Position numbers and translations under genes: made by a program. From Clostridia bacterium (lineage in GTDB: Bacteria > Bacillota > Clostridia > Christensenellales > CAG-1252): a DNA stretch of 64,000 bases. The stretch lies in contig JAFPXC010000028.1 of NCBI GenBank assembly GCA_017394805.1, positions 7,917 to 71,916 on the forward strand, given 5' to 3'. This document shows positions 36,801-44,054 of this stretch, in pieces (the stretch's first letter is position 1; each line of letters begins with the position of its first letter). The notes under the pieces are model-generated. The model made no database searches, was not told where the DNA came from, and saw nothing but the letters and a program-made list of their open reading frames with translations.

Positions 36801-39800
36801 GATATTGCTGGCGAAGTTGTAGAAGTCCTGCTCGGACGTGATGACCATCTTGATGAAAGAGGCCGTGAAGCGACGTGCGGTAAGCGTGCGCAAGGGACGG
36901 TAGAAGGTGGACACGATGACGCCGCCGTCCGAAGAGGTGCGGAAATCACCGAGCCCCGAAGTGAACACGGTGGACGTGTGGAAATCCGAATACCAATTGT
37001 CGAAATAGTCCACGCCCTCGATAGCCGAAACGTCGAACTGCATGACGCCCTCGTTCTGCCAATCGGCGTCACGACGGACGACGCGCATGACACCGCGGCC
37101 GTACACGTCGATGACGTTGTAGTCGCCCGCGCTGAGATCCTCGCCCACGGGGTTGGCCACGGCGAGGTTGTAGTTGACGACCCAGACGTTGCGGAAGGTG
37201 GCCGAAGCGCCCACGTAGCCCGCCAAAGCGCCCACGACGGCGCCCTCTTTGCTGGAACGAGGCGCGGAAACCAAGTTGACGGCGACATCCGAAACGCTAC
37301 CGTAGATATAGCCGGCCAACGAGCCTACGTAGTCGGTAGTGGAGCCGATGAGCACGCCCTCGTCTACCTGCAACACGAAGTTGCGCACGACGGCCTCCTC
37401 GGCGATGCAACCGAACAAGCCGCTAACCTGACTGCCCACGACGATGGAACCCGATTGGAAGGTGATGGTGTGACCGTCGCCCTCGAAGATGCCCGTGAAG
37501 GGATAGGCAAGACTGCCGATGGGTTGGACGTTGGAGGCGTAGGGTACGACGATGTCGTTGATGAGTTTGAACATAACGCCGCTGAATAAGTCGGCGGAGT
37601 TGACGAACGTATAGAGGTTGGAAAGGTCGGCGACGTTGTCGATCTCCAAATCGTAGGCGCACAAGTGATAGAGACAGTTGCGCAAGCCGACGTCCGCGGT
37701 GAACACGGTGTTGCTGTTGGAATCCTTCTCCAACTTGGAAATGTCGGTGTACCACACGAGCCCCGACGTAATGTTGGAAGAGAAGCGAACGGCCGTGCGC
37801 GTGGAATACTTGACGAGCGAGGGCGCGACCATCTCGGTACCTACGATCTTGAGGACGTTGAAGCCGCTGTCCTCGGACGTGGAAGCCAAGGTGCGATCGC
37901 TATTGAACGCCACCGCCCAAGCGTTGACGCCGTAGTCCTTGGGCTCGCCCTCGACCAATTCCTCTTTGGTGAGACCGACGGCCAAGCCTTGGCGCGACGA
38001 AGACAAGACGGTGTTGTACAGAACGACGTAACTATTGGAGACGACGCCCTCGGTGTAGCCGGCGAAACCGCCCACCGTATGGGAAGAAGCGCTGCCCAAG
38101 ACGCCGTTGACGGTCAAGCGGCAGGCATCCGCCCTGCCCTTGTTGTAGCCGAACAAGCCGCCCACGTAGCCGTCCGAAGCGGACGAGGACAGCGCGACGT
38201 TCTTGTTGACTTTGACGGTGGCGGCGGACACGTAACCCGCGTGGTAGCCCACGACGCCGCCCACGTAGGTAGCGCCCGTGACCGAAGCCTCGAAATTGAC
38301 CGAAGCGCCGCGCACGTCGCCCGTGCTGTAGCCCGCGACGCCGCCGAAGTAGGCGGGCGCGTCCGTGGAAAGCGCGCGTTGCCAGTAGACGGTGACCGAA
38401 TCGTCGGAATCCACTTCGCCCACGACGCCGCCGTCCAGATAGCCGACGACACCGCCCAGATAGCCGCCTGCGGCACGCAGCACGGCCGAAGAAGCGACGG
38501 TGACGCGGGTACCGTACACGGTGCCCTTGGAAAGACCCGCGATCGCGCCCACCTTGCATTCGGTGGACGTAACGCCCATATCGAATTTGTCCTCGACGGG
38601 TTTGGGCGCGCCGACCACGCCCTTGACGGTGACGGTGGCGTTGGCGACAGTGCCTTCGTTGAGGCCGACCAAGCCGCCCGCCGCGTAGGCGCCGATGGCC
38701 GCCGCGGGTAAGGTGTCGGTATTGAGAACCAGCACGACGCTGGAAATGGCGTCCGAGCCTATCCAACCGCCGGGGGCGTTGTAGCCGACCAAGCCGCCCG
38801 CGTACAAGCCGTACATACGCGCGGCCATATTGGTACCGCTGACGTTGCCCGTGTTGAGGGAAACGCTGGTGTTGGCGATGCGGCCCGCGTTGTAGCCGAC
38901 CAAGCCGCCCGCATAGGTGGCGTAGCCGCCGTAGGCGACCGAATCACCGTCCCTGTAGGCGTCGCCGTAGACGCCCGACTGGAACTTGAAGACCACGTTG
39001 CGAATGACGCCCAAGTTGACGTAGGCCAAGCCGCCCACGACCGACTCGCCCTCGTAGTCGTAGCGGAGACGGAAGCGAACGGTGGGCTCTACCGACATAT
39101 TGAAGTTGCAGACCTCGCTGGTGGCGCCGATGGTGCCGAACATAGGCACGGTCTCCCTGCCCGTCTCGAGGCTCTTGATCTCCACCGTGACGCCGCTACC
39201 GTCGAAACTGCCGACGAAGACGTTGTCGCCCTGTCCGACCGAGGTGTAACGGGCATCCGTGGCCTGCAAGGTGAGCGCCGTGCCCGAATTGAGCCGCACG
39301 ATGTAGCCGACGTAGGCTTTGAAGCCCTTGTTGACCATCTCGACGAACTTGTAATACTCCACGTCGGTGTTGATCTCGGCATCCGCGAATACCGCATAGT
39401 AGGTGACGCCGCCCAAGCCCTCTTGGGTGGACGTGGTGATGGCGGGAGAATAGTAGGAACCGGCGGCCTCGACCACGGGTTCACCGCGCTCCAAGGAGTG
39501 CGTGTAGGAATAGAAGGGAACTTTGGCGTCCTTGTCGGAGGAAGCCGCGAACAAAATGTTGCCGCCCTTGGGTTGCTGCTCGGTGTTGGCGTAAATCTCG
39601 GAAGACAGCGAGCCGTACCCGTAGCGTACCAAGCGATTGCCGACCGAATCGGAAACGCCGTTGATAAGGGGATTGTCGTACGGCGTGACGAAGCCCTCGA
39701 CGGCCAACTGATAGACCGCCCACAGCGCGTCTATGTCCGAAGAGGAATTGTAGCCGACCAAAATGGCGCTGAAACTGTTGGACGCGTTGTTGCCGCGGGC

Positions 39801-42800
39801 AAAGGCGATATACTCGCCCTCGTCGTCCACGAATACTTCGACGACGCCCGAATACAACTCTCCCATATTGTAGCCGACCAAGCCGCCCGCATAGGCGCGG
39901 CCTGCGGTGTTTTTGGAAGAAACGGCGTTTTCGTACGCACCCTCGTCGCCCACTTCGCAAGTGACTTTGACGTTGCGCACGGCGCCCTCGTTGACGCCGA
40001 CGGCACCCGCCGAAACGGTGTAGCCGTAACTACCCGCGTTGTCCGCCGTCAACTTGCCCTGCACGTCCGAAGCCTCGTCGCCGACGATGACGGTCTCGGT
40101 GTTGTAGACCAAGCCGCCCGTGAGGTTGCGCCCCACGACGCCGCCCGCGACGGACGCGCCCGTGACGTTGCAATAGATCTCGGCCTTGACGCGCTCGTTC
40201 TGCGAATTCTGCCCGACCGTGCCGCGATTGACGCCTACGACGGCGCCGAAGACTTTGCCGTTGAGGTTGCCGATGCTATTGACGCGAACGACGACCTGCT
40301 TGACGTTGCCCGAAGTGCCCAAAGCACCGAAGAAGCCGATGGCGGCCTCGGTGACCTTGAACCCGTTGAAGGTGACGCTGTAGCCCTTGCCGTCGAAGGT
40401 GCCGTTGAAGGGATTGGTCTCGGTGCCGATGGGCGTGAAGTTGGGAGAGGCCTCCACGTCGCAACCCAACGTGAACGTGACGCCCGCATAGCGTTGGCCC
40501 GCGTTGGTGGTGGTGGCCAAGACGTCCAACTCGTCCGCCTCGGTGATCATGCTGTTGACGACGCGGCTATACCATACGCCGCCCGCTTGGTCGCCCGGCT
40601 TGAACGCGTTGCCCGACAAGAGGTTGTCGGCGACCATCACGGTGTGATTGTAGTCCACGTACCAGCCCGTGAACACGTGGGCGCTGTCTTCCACGGGAAC
40701 GGTGAAGTGCAAGCCGCCCTCGAAACTGCCCTCGGCCGTGCCTGCGCGGACGTAGATGAGGTTGAGGTGCAAGTCGTTGAGTTCGGACACCGACTGCTGA
40801 GAGCCGAAGTGCGAGATATAGTTGACGCCCTTGCCGTAGGTGTCGTCGCCCGCGTACTGACCGTAACTGCCGATGGCCCATACCTGCGTAAGACCGAAGC
40901 CGTTTTCGATCTCGGCGGCGAAGTAGGCGCGTTTGGCCTTATCCTGACACGAGGCGCAAGGCGCGTTGCAATCCAACCCTTTGGCGATGACTTTGACGTA
41001 GCGCTCGAACCAAGCCTGCGCGGGAATCTTCTTGACCTGCGTGTTGGTCGCCCAATCGGCAGGCATCGAATCGGCGTTCATATCGGGCCAATTACCCTTA
41101 TCGGAGGCCGCGATACGGCCGCGCACGAAGGAAAGATTGGATTTGAGCACGGCGAAATCCGCGGCGCTCGAAGAACCCACGCCCACGTCGTCGGCATCCG
41201 AGATGAGGTCGTCCACCAAGGCGGTGGTGCCCGTGGCGACCTTGAAGCTCTCGATGCCCTCGATGAGTTCGGCATAGGTGCGAATGTTGTTGGCGCACGT
41301 GTTGACCAAGACGTCGCCACCCATATTGCTCTTGTCGTGCACGTTGACGATGACGTGATCTAAGGCGAGTTTGCCTTTGCAAATGCCGACCAGACCGCCC
41401 ACATAGGTGTAGGACGACTTGGCGGGATTGTTGCCGTAACTCTCCAACTGACCTTTGACGTCCACGTTGAAGTTGGAGTAGGTCATGGTGCCCGTGGTGT
41501 TGCATTGGCCGATGACGCCGCCCAAAATGGGCTTCTCGGACTGCACGGTGTAGTTGCCTTGAATGGAGGCGTTGACGTTGGTGATGGTGCCGTTGTCAAT
41601 GCCGACCAAACCGCCGCCGTAGGCGACAGCCGACGAAACCACGATGAGGTTGCCCGCCTGCGGTACGGTGAGATTGACGTTGGTGATGGTGCCCATATTG
41701 ACGCCGGCAAGGAAGCCCGCCGCCACGTAGGTGTCGAGCGTCTCGCCGCCGTTGGTGCCGCCGTACATTTTGCCGGCGAAGACCAAGTCGAAGTCCCTGA
41801 CGACGGCACCCGCGGCTATGACGCGGAAGATGCCCGCGCCCGCCGCCGTGTCACCCTCGGCCGCGCCCGTGAAGTAGGTGGCGACCTCGTCCGCTTCGAA
41901 GTTGGCGGCGCCTATCATCTGCACGCCGTTCTGGAAGGTGATGGTGTGGTTGTTGCCGTAGAACTTGCCTTTGAAGTCGTTGACGACGTTGACGCCCTTG
42001 GTGACGACCACGTCCTCGGTGACGTTGACCACGATCCAAGGCTTGTTGAGACCTTTGTTCATCTCCTCGGTCCATTGGACGAAGGTGCCCGCCGATTTGA
42101 TCTCTTTGGTGAGGAAGACGGCGTAGACCGTCTTGTTGCCGCCCTGCGGACGGAAGACGTATTTGGTGTAGGGGTTGCCGTTGATATCCTCTTTGGGCTC
42201 GGTGAAGACTTCGCCGCTGTGATAGCCCGCCGATTTGGTGTAATCCTTGGGCTCGGTGAGGTTGGCGTACCACTTGTCGAACGGCGAATAGACCTGCTCG
42301 GCGGAGAATTGCAACTTGCCGCCGTCGATCTCGGCCTTGATGCGGCCGCCGCCGAATACCATCAAGACGCCCACGTCGCCGCACGTATTGTCCGCGCCGC
42401 CCGCGTCGTTGGTGGATTGACGCACGTTGATGGTGGTGGTCTCTTCGTCGCCTTCGAGCACCGTCCATACGTTGCCCTTGTTCCAAGAATTGAAGTAGTC
42501 GGCGTGGTTGCCCGAAAGATAGCCGTAATAACTCTTGCCGTCCGTGTTGCAGTACTTGGCGGACTCCACGATGGTGGCGGTGTAGAGAATGGCGTTGTTG
42601 CCGAATTTGCTGTTGTGATTGAGGGCGCCGTTGAACTTGCCCACGATGCCGCCGTGGTAGACGCTGCCGCCCTTTATCTCGGTGGCGCCGATGCCGATGA
42701 AACCGCCCTCTTTGTGATTCTCACGGCTGGTGACGGCGGCGATGGTGGCCGAAAGGTGAATGATATTGTTGTTGACCAAAACGAGGCTCTCGGCCGAGAC

Positions 42801-43949
42801 GCCCGCGTTGGAATAGGAACCGGCAAGGCCGAACATACCGCCCGCTACGATGCCGTTGATGGCGGAATATTTGAAACCGCTCGCATTGACTCTGCCGCCC
42901 AAGGTCACTTCGCACCCCGTGAGGGTGAGTTGGCCGCCCAAGGAGAATAGGCCGCCCGCCGAAGCGACGTAGGCGTCGTCGTTGTAGGAATCCTCTTCGT
43001 CTTTGCAACTGTCGTAGGTGGTGATGGCGCCGCGAGCCGAAACAACGCTGTCGGAGATGGTGGTGTTGTTGAGGCAAACCGCGGCGACGCCGCCCGCGTA
43101 CAACTTGTTGTTGCGGGTGGAACCTACGTCGTCCGAATGATTGGGAACGCTCTCGTCGTCGTCCTGCTCGAAACTCTTGACGCTGACGTCGCCGCCTACG
43201 GTGACGGTACTATCGGAGATAATGGTACCGTCCATATAGCCCGCGATGCCGCCCGCGTAGATGGTGCAACCCGACTTGTTGGCGTAGCAAAGAATGGAAC
43301 CGCCGTCTGTCAACTCGCAATCGGTGATATAGGCGTCGGTCAACTTGCCCGCGAAACCGCCGTAGTAGACGACGGACGGGCCGATCTTGTACATATCCAC
43401 CTCCAACTTGCCGCGGAAGAGGTACTCGAGGGACTCCAACTTGCCATTGAACTGCGCGAAGAAGCCGCCGTACTGCGCGGTGCTGTACACGGCGGACGCG
43501 GCCTCGAGGTTGGGCGCGTAGGTGATGCGGTGGCGCTTGGCAACCGTAACCTCTTCGCCCGCGACCGTCTGCGTCTCGGTGTAGCCGCCCTTGATGGTGA
43601 TGCTACGCTGCGTCGTGTAGTCGGACAAGGCCTCCCACATAAGCGCCGTGACGTAAAAATCGTTGGCCAAGGTGTAGGTGGTGGAACCCGTGTCGCGCAT
43701 CATGTACACGAACTCGGCGGCCGTGCGGACTACGCCGCCCGAAGGCTGGGTGCCGCCCGCGCGGAAATGGTCGAAGGTGACCACGACCGCGTCGCCTGCG
43801 TCTATAAAATAGACGGGCGCACGTGCGGTGGACGACGCCGTGGCGAATTGCTGCGTAGACTTGGCCGCAACGCGGGTGCAACCCACGAACAGCACGGCTA
43901 CGGCCAGCATAACGATGGTGATAATGGTGAGTAACGTCTTCTTGTTCAT
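24828..43949 (-). CDS. giant cell-surface protein B (6,373 aa): lipobox signal peptide, 14 adhesin-type modules with GLUG-like beta-helix rungs, MBG-like repeats, C-terminal TM helix and acidic tail
   Basis: ATG with AAGGAGAAG RBS. N-terminus MNKKTLLTIITIVMLAVAVLFVGC. Many GLUG-type motifs (YAGGLVGYNMGEL, YAGGLVGYNAGRI, AAGGLVGLNEGTV, VGGVVGYHAGYV…). Module heads follow …DL..LA..VN.G…G.TF.L..D…PIG…PF.G.FDG.GHTIT. C-terminal TM PVPLAIAIVGFLALVAAGVVGTLLY at 25032-25106, then KRRR and a 62-aa acidic tail. Confidence 0.85.
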   Translation of the reverse strand: MNKKTLLTIITIVMLAVAVLFVGCTRVAAKSTQQFATASSTARAPVYFIDAGDAVVVTFDHFRAGGTQPSGGVVRTAAEFVYMMRDTGSTTYTLANDFYVTALMWEALSDYTTQRSITIKGGYTETQTVAGEEVTVAKRHRITYAPNLEAASAVYSTAQYGGFFAQFNGKLESLEYLFRGKLEVDMYKIGPSVVYYGGFAGKLTDAYITDCELTDGGSILCYANKSGCTIYAGGIAGYMDGTIISDSTVTVGGDVSVKSFEQDDDESVPNHSDDVGSTRNNKLYAGGVAAVCLNNTTISDSVVSARGAITTYDSCKDEEDSYNDDAYVASAGGLFSLGGQLTLTGCEVTLGGRVNASGFKYSAINGIVAGGMFGLAGSYSNAGVSAESLVLVNNNIIHLSATIAAVTSRENHKEGGFIGIGATEIKGGSVYHGGIVGKFNGALNHNSKFGNNAILYTATIVESAKYCNTDGKSYYGYLSGNHADYFNSWNKGNVWTVLEGDEETTTINVRQSTNDAGGADNTCGDVGVLMVFGGGRIKAEIDGGKLQFSAEQVYSPFDKWYANLTEPKDYTKSAGYHSGEVFTEPKEDINGNPYTKYVFRPQGGNKTVYAVFLTKEIKSAGTFVQWTEEMNKGLNKPWIVVNVTEDVVVTKGVNVVNDFKGKFYGNNHTITFQNGVQMIGAANFEADEVATYFTGAAEGDTAAGAGIFRVIAAGAVVRDFDLVFAGKMYGGTNGGETLDTYVAAGFLAGVNMGTITNVNLTVPQAGNLIVVSSAVAYGGGLVGIDNGTITNVNASIQGNYTVQSEKPILGGVIGQCNTTGTMTYSNFNVDVKGQLESYGNNPAKSSYTYVGGLVGICKGKLALDHVIVNVHDKSNMGGDVLVNTCANNIRTYAELIEGIESFKVATGTTALVDDLISDADDVGVGSSSAADFAVLKSNLSFVRGRIAASDKGNWPDMNADSMPADWATNTQVKKIPAQAWFERYVKVIAKGLDCNAPCASCQDKAKRAYFAAEIENGFGLTQVWAIGSYGQYAGDDTYGKGVNYISHFGSQQSVSELNDLHLNLIYVRAGTAEGSFEGGLHFTVPVEDSAHVFTGWYVDYNHTVMVADNLLSGNAFKPGDQAGGVWYSRVVNSMITEADELDVLATTTNAGQRYAGVTFTLGCDVEASPNFTPIGTETNPFNGTFDGKGYSVTFNGFKVTEAAIGFFGALGTSGNVKQVVVRVNSIGNLNGKVFGAVVGVNRGTVGQNSQNERVKAEIYCNVTGASVAGGVVGRNLTGGLVYNTETVIVGDEASDVQGKLTADNAGSYGYTVSAGAVGVNEGAVRNVKVTCEVGDEGAYENAVSSKNTAGRAYAGGLVGYNMGELYSGVVEVFVDDEGEYIAFARGNNASNSFSAILVGYNSSSDIDALWAVYQLAVEGFVTPYDNPLINGVSDSVGNRLVRYGYGSLSSEIYANTEQQPKGGNILFAASSDKDAKVPFYSYTHSLERGEPVVEAAGSYYSPAITTSTQEGLGGVTYYAVFADAEINTDVEYYKFVEMVNKGFKAYVGYIVRLNSGTALTLQATDARYTSVGQGDNVFVGSFDGSGVTVEIKSLETGRETVPMFGTIGATSEVCNFNMSVEPTVRFRLRYDYEGESVVGGLAYVNLGVIRNVVFKFQSGVYGDAYRDGDSVAYGGYATYAGGLVGYNAGRIANTSVSLNTGNVSGTNMAARMYGLYAGGLVGYNAPGGWIGSDAISSVVLVLNTDTLPAAAIGAYAAGGLVGLNEGTVANATVTVKGVVGAPKPVEDKFDMGVTSTECKVGAIAGLSKGTVYGTRVTVASSAVLRAAGGYLGGVVGYLDGGVVGEVDSDDSVTVYWQRALSTDAPAYFGGVAGYSTGDVRGASVNFEASVTGATYVGGVVGYHAGYVSAATVKVNKNVALSSSASDGYVGGLFGYNKGRADACRLTVNGVLGSASSHTVGGFAGYTEGVVSNSYVVLYNTVLSSSRQGLAVGLTKEELVEGEPKDYGVNAWAVAFNSDRTLASTSEDSGFNVLKIVGTEMVAPSLVKYSTRTAVRFSSNITSGLVWYTDISKLEKDSNSNTVFTADVGLRNCLYHLCAYDLEIDNVADLSNLYTFVNSADLFSGVMFKLINDIVVPYASNVQPIGSLAYPFTGIFEGDGHTITFQSGSIVVGSQVSGLFGCIAEEAVVRNFVLQVDEGVLIGSTTDYVGSLAGYIYGSVSDVAVNLVSAPRSSKEGAVVGALAGYVGASATFRNVWVVNYNLAVANPVGEDLSAGDYNVIDVYGRGVMRVVRRDADWQNEGVMQFDVSAIEGVDYFDNWYSDFHTSTVFTSGLGDFRTSSDGGVIVSTFYRPLRTLTARRFTASFIKMVITSEQDFYNFASNINTYGVKDGQFRFDLGRNVTSLTIDLSKMQPIGTAAHPFQATLDGSVTSFANPDSYAYTLVLKGTVQNADYSGLFGYVGEGAAIRNLVVRADNVEAQSIGYRESIYTGFFAAYIQGSAAHPVTLESVVVGVNRNTTLVNSHADAIGGVAGLWGNYVNVSNTWVVLPENGAYQALGSCRTPSGIQEYVETFADTYAIDLPNTMYLCGDGLINYTHRLNESTGKAEITFDLTSGEQYPFGFIEKLKDLDLDQANLPHSMTATVEDGRVGKVYLALYIKTTVDSEADLQYIADLVNVQNRSYLGVTFTLTRDITLSSGEWTPIGGAVETYVGSGEYKQVAFIGAFDGNGYTITMPQGLTCRQQYAGLFGILSSSARIRNLRVVCNAAIGGAATQYAGVLAGVDQGAGLRNIIVDLGGTASVTANMSTARVAVNRALTYDVNGKVTNYASVNKADNVWVLNRNSRFAVEHNLEEQAFFDDLAKALALDPDLSAPFAASGVFNGGVNVVTVIANGTVDVSFNVKAGAIVGVVLRNAAATVKPIRMWYTAPEGVVTPYAPLYDAGEYANEYITDADSAVSGLVLYASFLNEFISTAKDLVELSVDVGEGCDLYGLTFYLESDVVIDQAAVEQGFIAIGTETTPFSATFNGKGHTVTLAEGTLIEGKTAGIFGVLGADGTIANVKFDLQGTLGRADYTATEVEAGKVNTLYAGAIAVSYGRLDSVIIDATALKARALQYGYAVASVAYDYGNDYTNTWLIVSANNTVPYFGWVASANDSTINVMRVIGMGRLAATFRKEENVYYVQFANDRTYTQTVDGVVYSYTIRGWYSDFSGDNQLSQALNVTALNTGITAGDDGAYLAAADIFNSRFEVAIMSRIIVSEDDLIAIAEDVNEGGYTFENTTFTLGHDVVVSSVAFQPIGTAATPFMGTFQGAYNGNFYKIVMARQSIAANGQPTDAGVALFGEMRGVVENLIVELTVDVPTYNSVTGVIAQYNYGVVRNALVRMYRFAAGYAQPVTVYGTTVGGVVGANYGTVGNCIVYISPRATLNATYSVGGLVGQNEGMVMGSTSDQFDDWRRNPVAYATLSPWYEGYESVTRSTLTLSSVLLDGSVKVVNSLSSETLFAGGAVGESRNRATINRVTVRVSSTGSVTASGGSVEVGGLAGRSLATLANSVLLSEGTVGYTGTPNRAYSGHFIGNLQGSAPNCWLVVPVPPTVTAIGNGSSVNVLQINGSGFIDAYLDGSDNIIFRDLTPLTGAALDGWYVSTGIQVPDDVGGVDDVSFRPNRNITGYTVNVIFINTQINTVEDLVAMATTVNAGLFSTGLTFTLNDDLTIDVASSPLFRELTIGTALGESVNAFKHVFEGNGYTITVVNGDNNVYGGAYVGLFGYTGQDAVIRNLTLVVESGTYGVAGTTQVLGALVCHNNGTVENCHVYLGCAPTATGLTVMDVPTRLIAAKVGGVAGENFGTITSVTVTSYAALQAETTSANATSNEYVGGVVGNNRGTVSSIDAYIYQPAGGFRAMYAASNAGTSGTSYVGGVAGNNAIEISNVYVSIDSAFIESRSAVQAYAGGVAGSNTGFIKNGYVAWNKVSMVSDNAAGGVVGTNNNNLAAILIDFAVGSVLTANADSAVANTGNYGTAANVWVFNRNDALDSRSPAVNNMTVGTAALIHNDPAEVRRDGRIYFEAAIDANAGLTVYADADTAYKTVRLDDFIAYNGGRLRLTSHASMTGVHVRSEIRNTVGDQTELKAIARALRENGQDIRGTYTMTDDVTVDGDYYAIGASSGAAFSAVFQGDMHRITFTEAVTFKAERSLFGVMSGTVNGVVVEYFADMSADRAAGIAHTNNGALRDVVVYTADGVTLSHPTYVGGTPLQANGEIWIVSRERMSASSVNSTNRYGVIVVNGNGTLDVERENGALYFTARSLGAATTFAGYSDFHKMLKNVDGESNRLRFNVITAVNNNNTMSFTAEFLSTDIATGSDFEDLLGLLNMAYAVDSDTTFTLVADISVEAEGLARFASFTGVLDGAFHTLTVVGDVDQAFGALGASLIQNIVIDATDLTGDKYLFAAGASARLTRVVVRRQGAYGNLQATSNLTYQYVYVVSPDPACHKADRVGLIVETDVPTTFRMGDRFMQAVAGNSDDLYFVGWYTLDGATHFKTEALDLSGTSSYVSRYLSKTIRTSTDVAGLAEAVNKGYDFAGLSFTVESDVAYTGASIGSATVGADDPTYFAGVIEGNGHVLTLTAPLFTVFNGTLKNAKVATSSQEGLATLASGEFRNVVVVSSAASARFASSVSARLTNCWLVASSGTPEATAGVKTVRLGPNVTLSVDVTDVSFTASPTSSEYFLLWRDKAGKVLFNEAYDTLVSSVATADYYSVEGTSEVATDDEYAYFAMATAHGYTSEVTLSADIHVYASTPVMTDAFKLDGNGHTVFVNAPVALSVLTARSGENSHIYNVVFVVADSVTDFVLTRIPAGLTNRPEYINVAVKASEDARLDVTGVYDNVWLLVEGDMRAPADLTADYAALPAGLNVMLYDKGDLTVSFSRTGSDVTGMSVTADDREGRLHFLGYYDTANHTDAAFALTGTSARVEAFFADKVLSSSAEWSHAALAMRLTGNVTPSFTLAADVVADASFVPFTDYAGTLDGAFFSVVVKENANLFSDGVSTGVVELASGGSVRHLAVEVERGYLADPALTWFASPAGATVEECVLVNYTDKVLLHPDGTVRMLTVVDQGEGAGYVRVDKRTVGGTEHFAFVARNTAEYSLRYYEMGGTDYDVDDANSMNDVVFAVGETADVKAKFFYCYTVYVDVDGAPAELVTDAHVTPGTPYWLGFAYTEPTVEFKKVVQGYLFAGFSYADEALPAIDLAHSTYTKLAINVDRLIDTGSITITARFILIESEWSEVTYGDKTLAEIDDYLKPSSAVMDVIRSDADFTYNRQDTPDSNVMSDFDTPYHAGGYVIRFNVYHDGTLVGRSDGLSFQITPRPLYFENLRVSVKKYDGNANARIEFAELGGFSADDVAKGCRRQYSIKNSVTLEYFDLATGEAMSNAGTWYLRVKEGSYVDSNVLNGTVLFNDDYVLPEGALYMYAETATGYVRTDNLYVGIISKQDLELVVSDVSVFYLDQFGTRTDSGDFVPFDIYEYLSFEWSGTIYGADSELLGSNTKLLRVVGDRTTVTDSGDVKYSYTIRSVGSYSIEVIKDVLVNYEPKISENKATFTVKPSPATVVLNDMDLQYGDTLTALNYTVRAAGAVTYFTEEERAALAAAKVYTNLDAADWFAMTLVPEYAVVGGANMSFATAPIKVDADGHAVKAGVQYRFTADNRNFILADASATMVINGNNQKEYVLTADGVLTITARHIVYNVTSDVSKPFGSEDTVISGRSVGKALMNGDKLRFTREKGEAVGTYAITASVVDKDGKDVTSNYVLEAYNGADFRYAITRRTVVVQRTGNGVFNYGSDALQEMPFSTNLSDSVKARIMSAFDVSKKFDASILITVGYFGSDALPVGRYDNATLSVQFKNVSAALVNQSLDFVLEEKSRSYEIIRASLTVSAVDVNRVYDMTDNLTGASIEVTGWANGDGKRLAVRVGRYVCDGLTAAAGTYFYEPADLTLYDVKGDAGLLDNYVIGTVVGAKYVISRVAVAMTVSAGTYDEEGAFTADDDGFISFGDNTMRWNFALVGGDLPEYMAAAYEEADLTTDLERSEWLRQHFAIVARSIASLPAGTIMASGSGANYYMPYSADSNVTITLTADSYFRIDEIAIVITDVRFASDSAKTEPTMSFTVAAYSHFVRNEDGTVEVSGEPIEGYFSETSVSGVRSGQRVTLNDNYAVSFSFTAYDAANATYNLSSYVNDGAAWVTYRETSADPILFVQQTDEDGEKVLVSYNRALTDEVNVREGFWSVLGQALADNPVPLAIAIVGFLALVAAGVVGTLLYKRRRLFARAQRDMHYEDVFATTSPSAEGSAEDVFAEDAAPAEDAPAEDAPADGADGTPDDTDDGDLT

Positions 43950-44019
43950 AATCTTCTCCTTAGATTATCGCAATCAAGTCTATATCACGCCCGAAGGCGG
44001 TTATATTCGAAGTAATCAT

Positions 44020-44045
44020 CCCCGCCCGCCCGAAAACGGGCGGGG
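44020..44045 (-). promoter_or_regulatory. GC-rich stem-loop between giant genes A and B
   Basis: CCCCGCCCG-8 nt-CGGGCGGGG (perfect 9-bp stem) lies 10 nt after the stop of A. On the transcribed strand AUGAUUACUU follows, with no clean U-tract. A TGaTATAGA extended -10-like element (43979-43987) lies between it and the B RBS. Confidence 0.5.
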
Positions 44046-44054
44046 AATGAAGTC

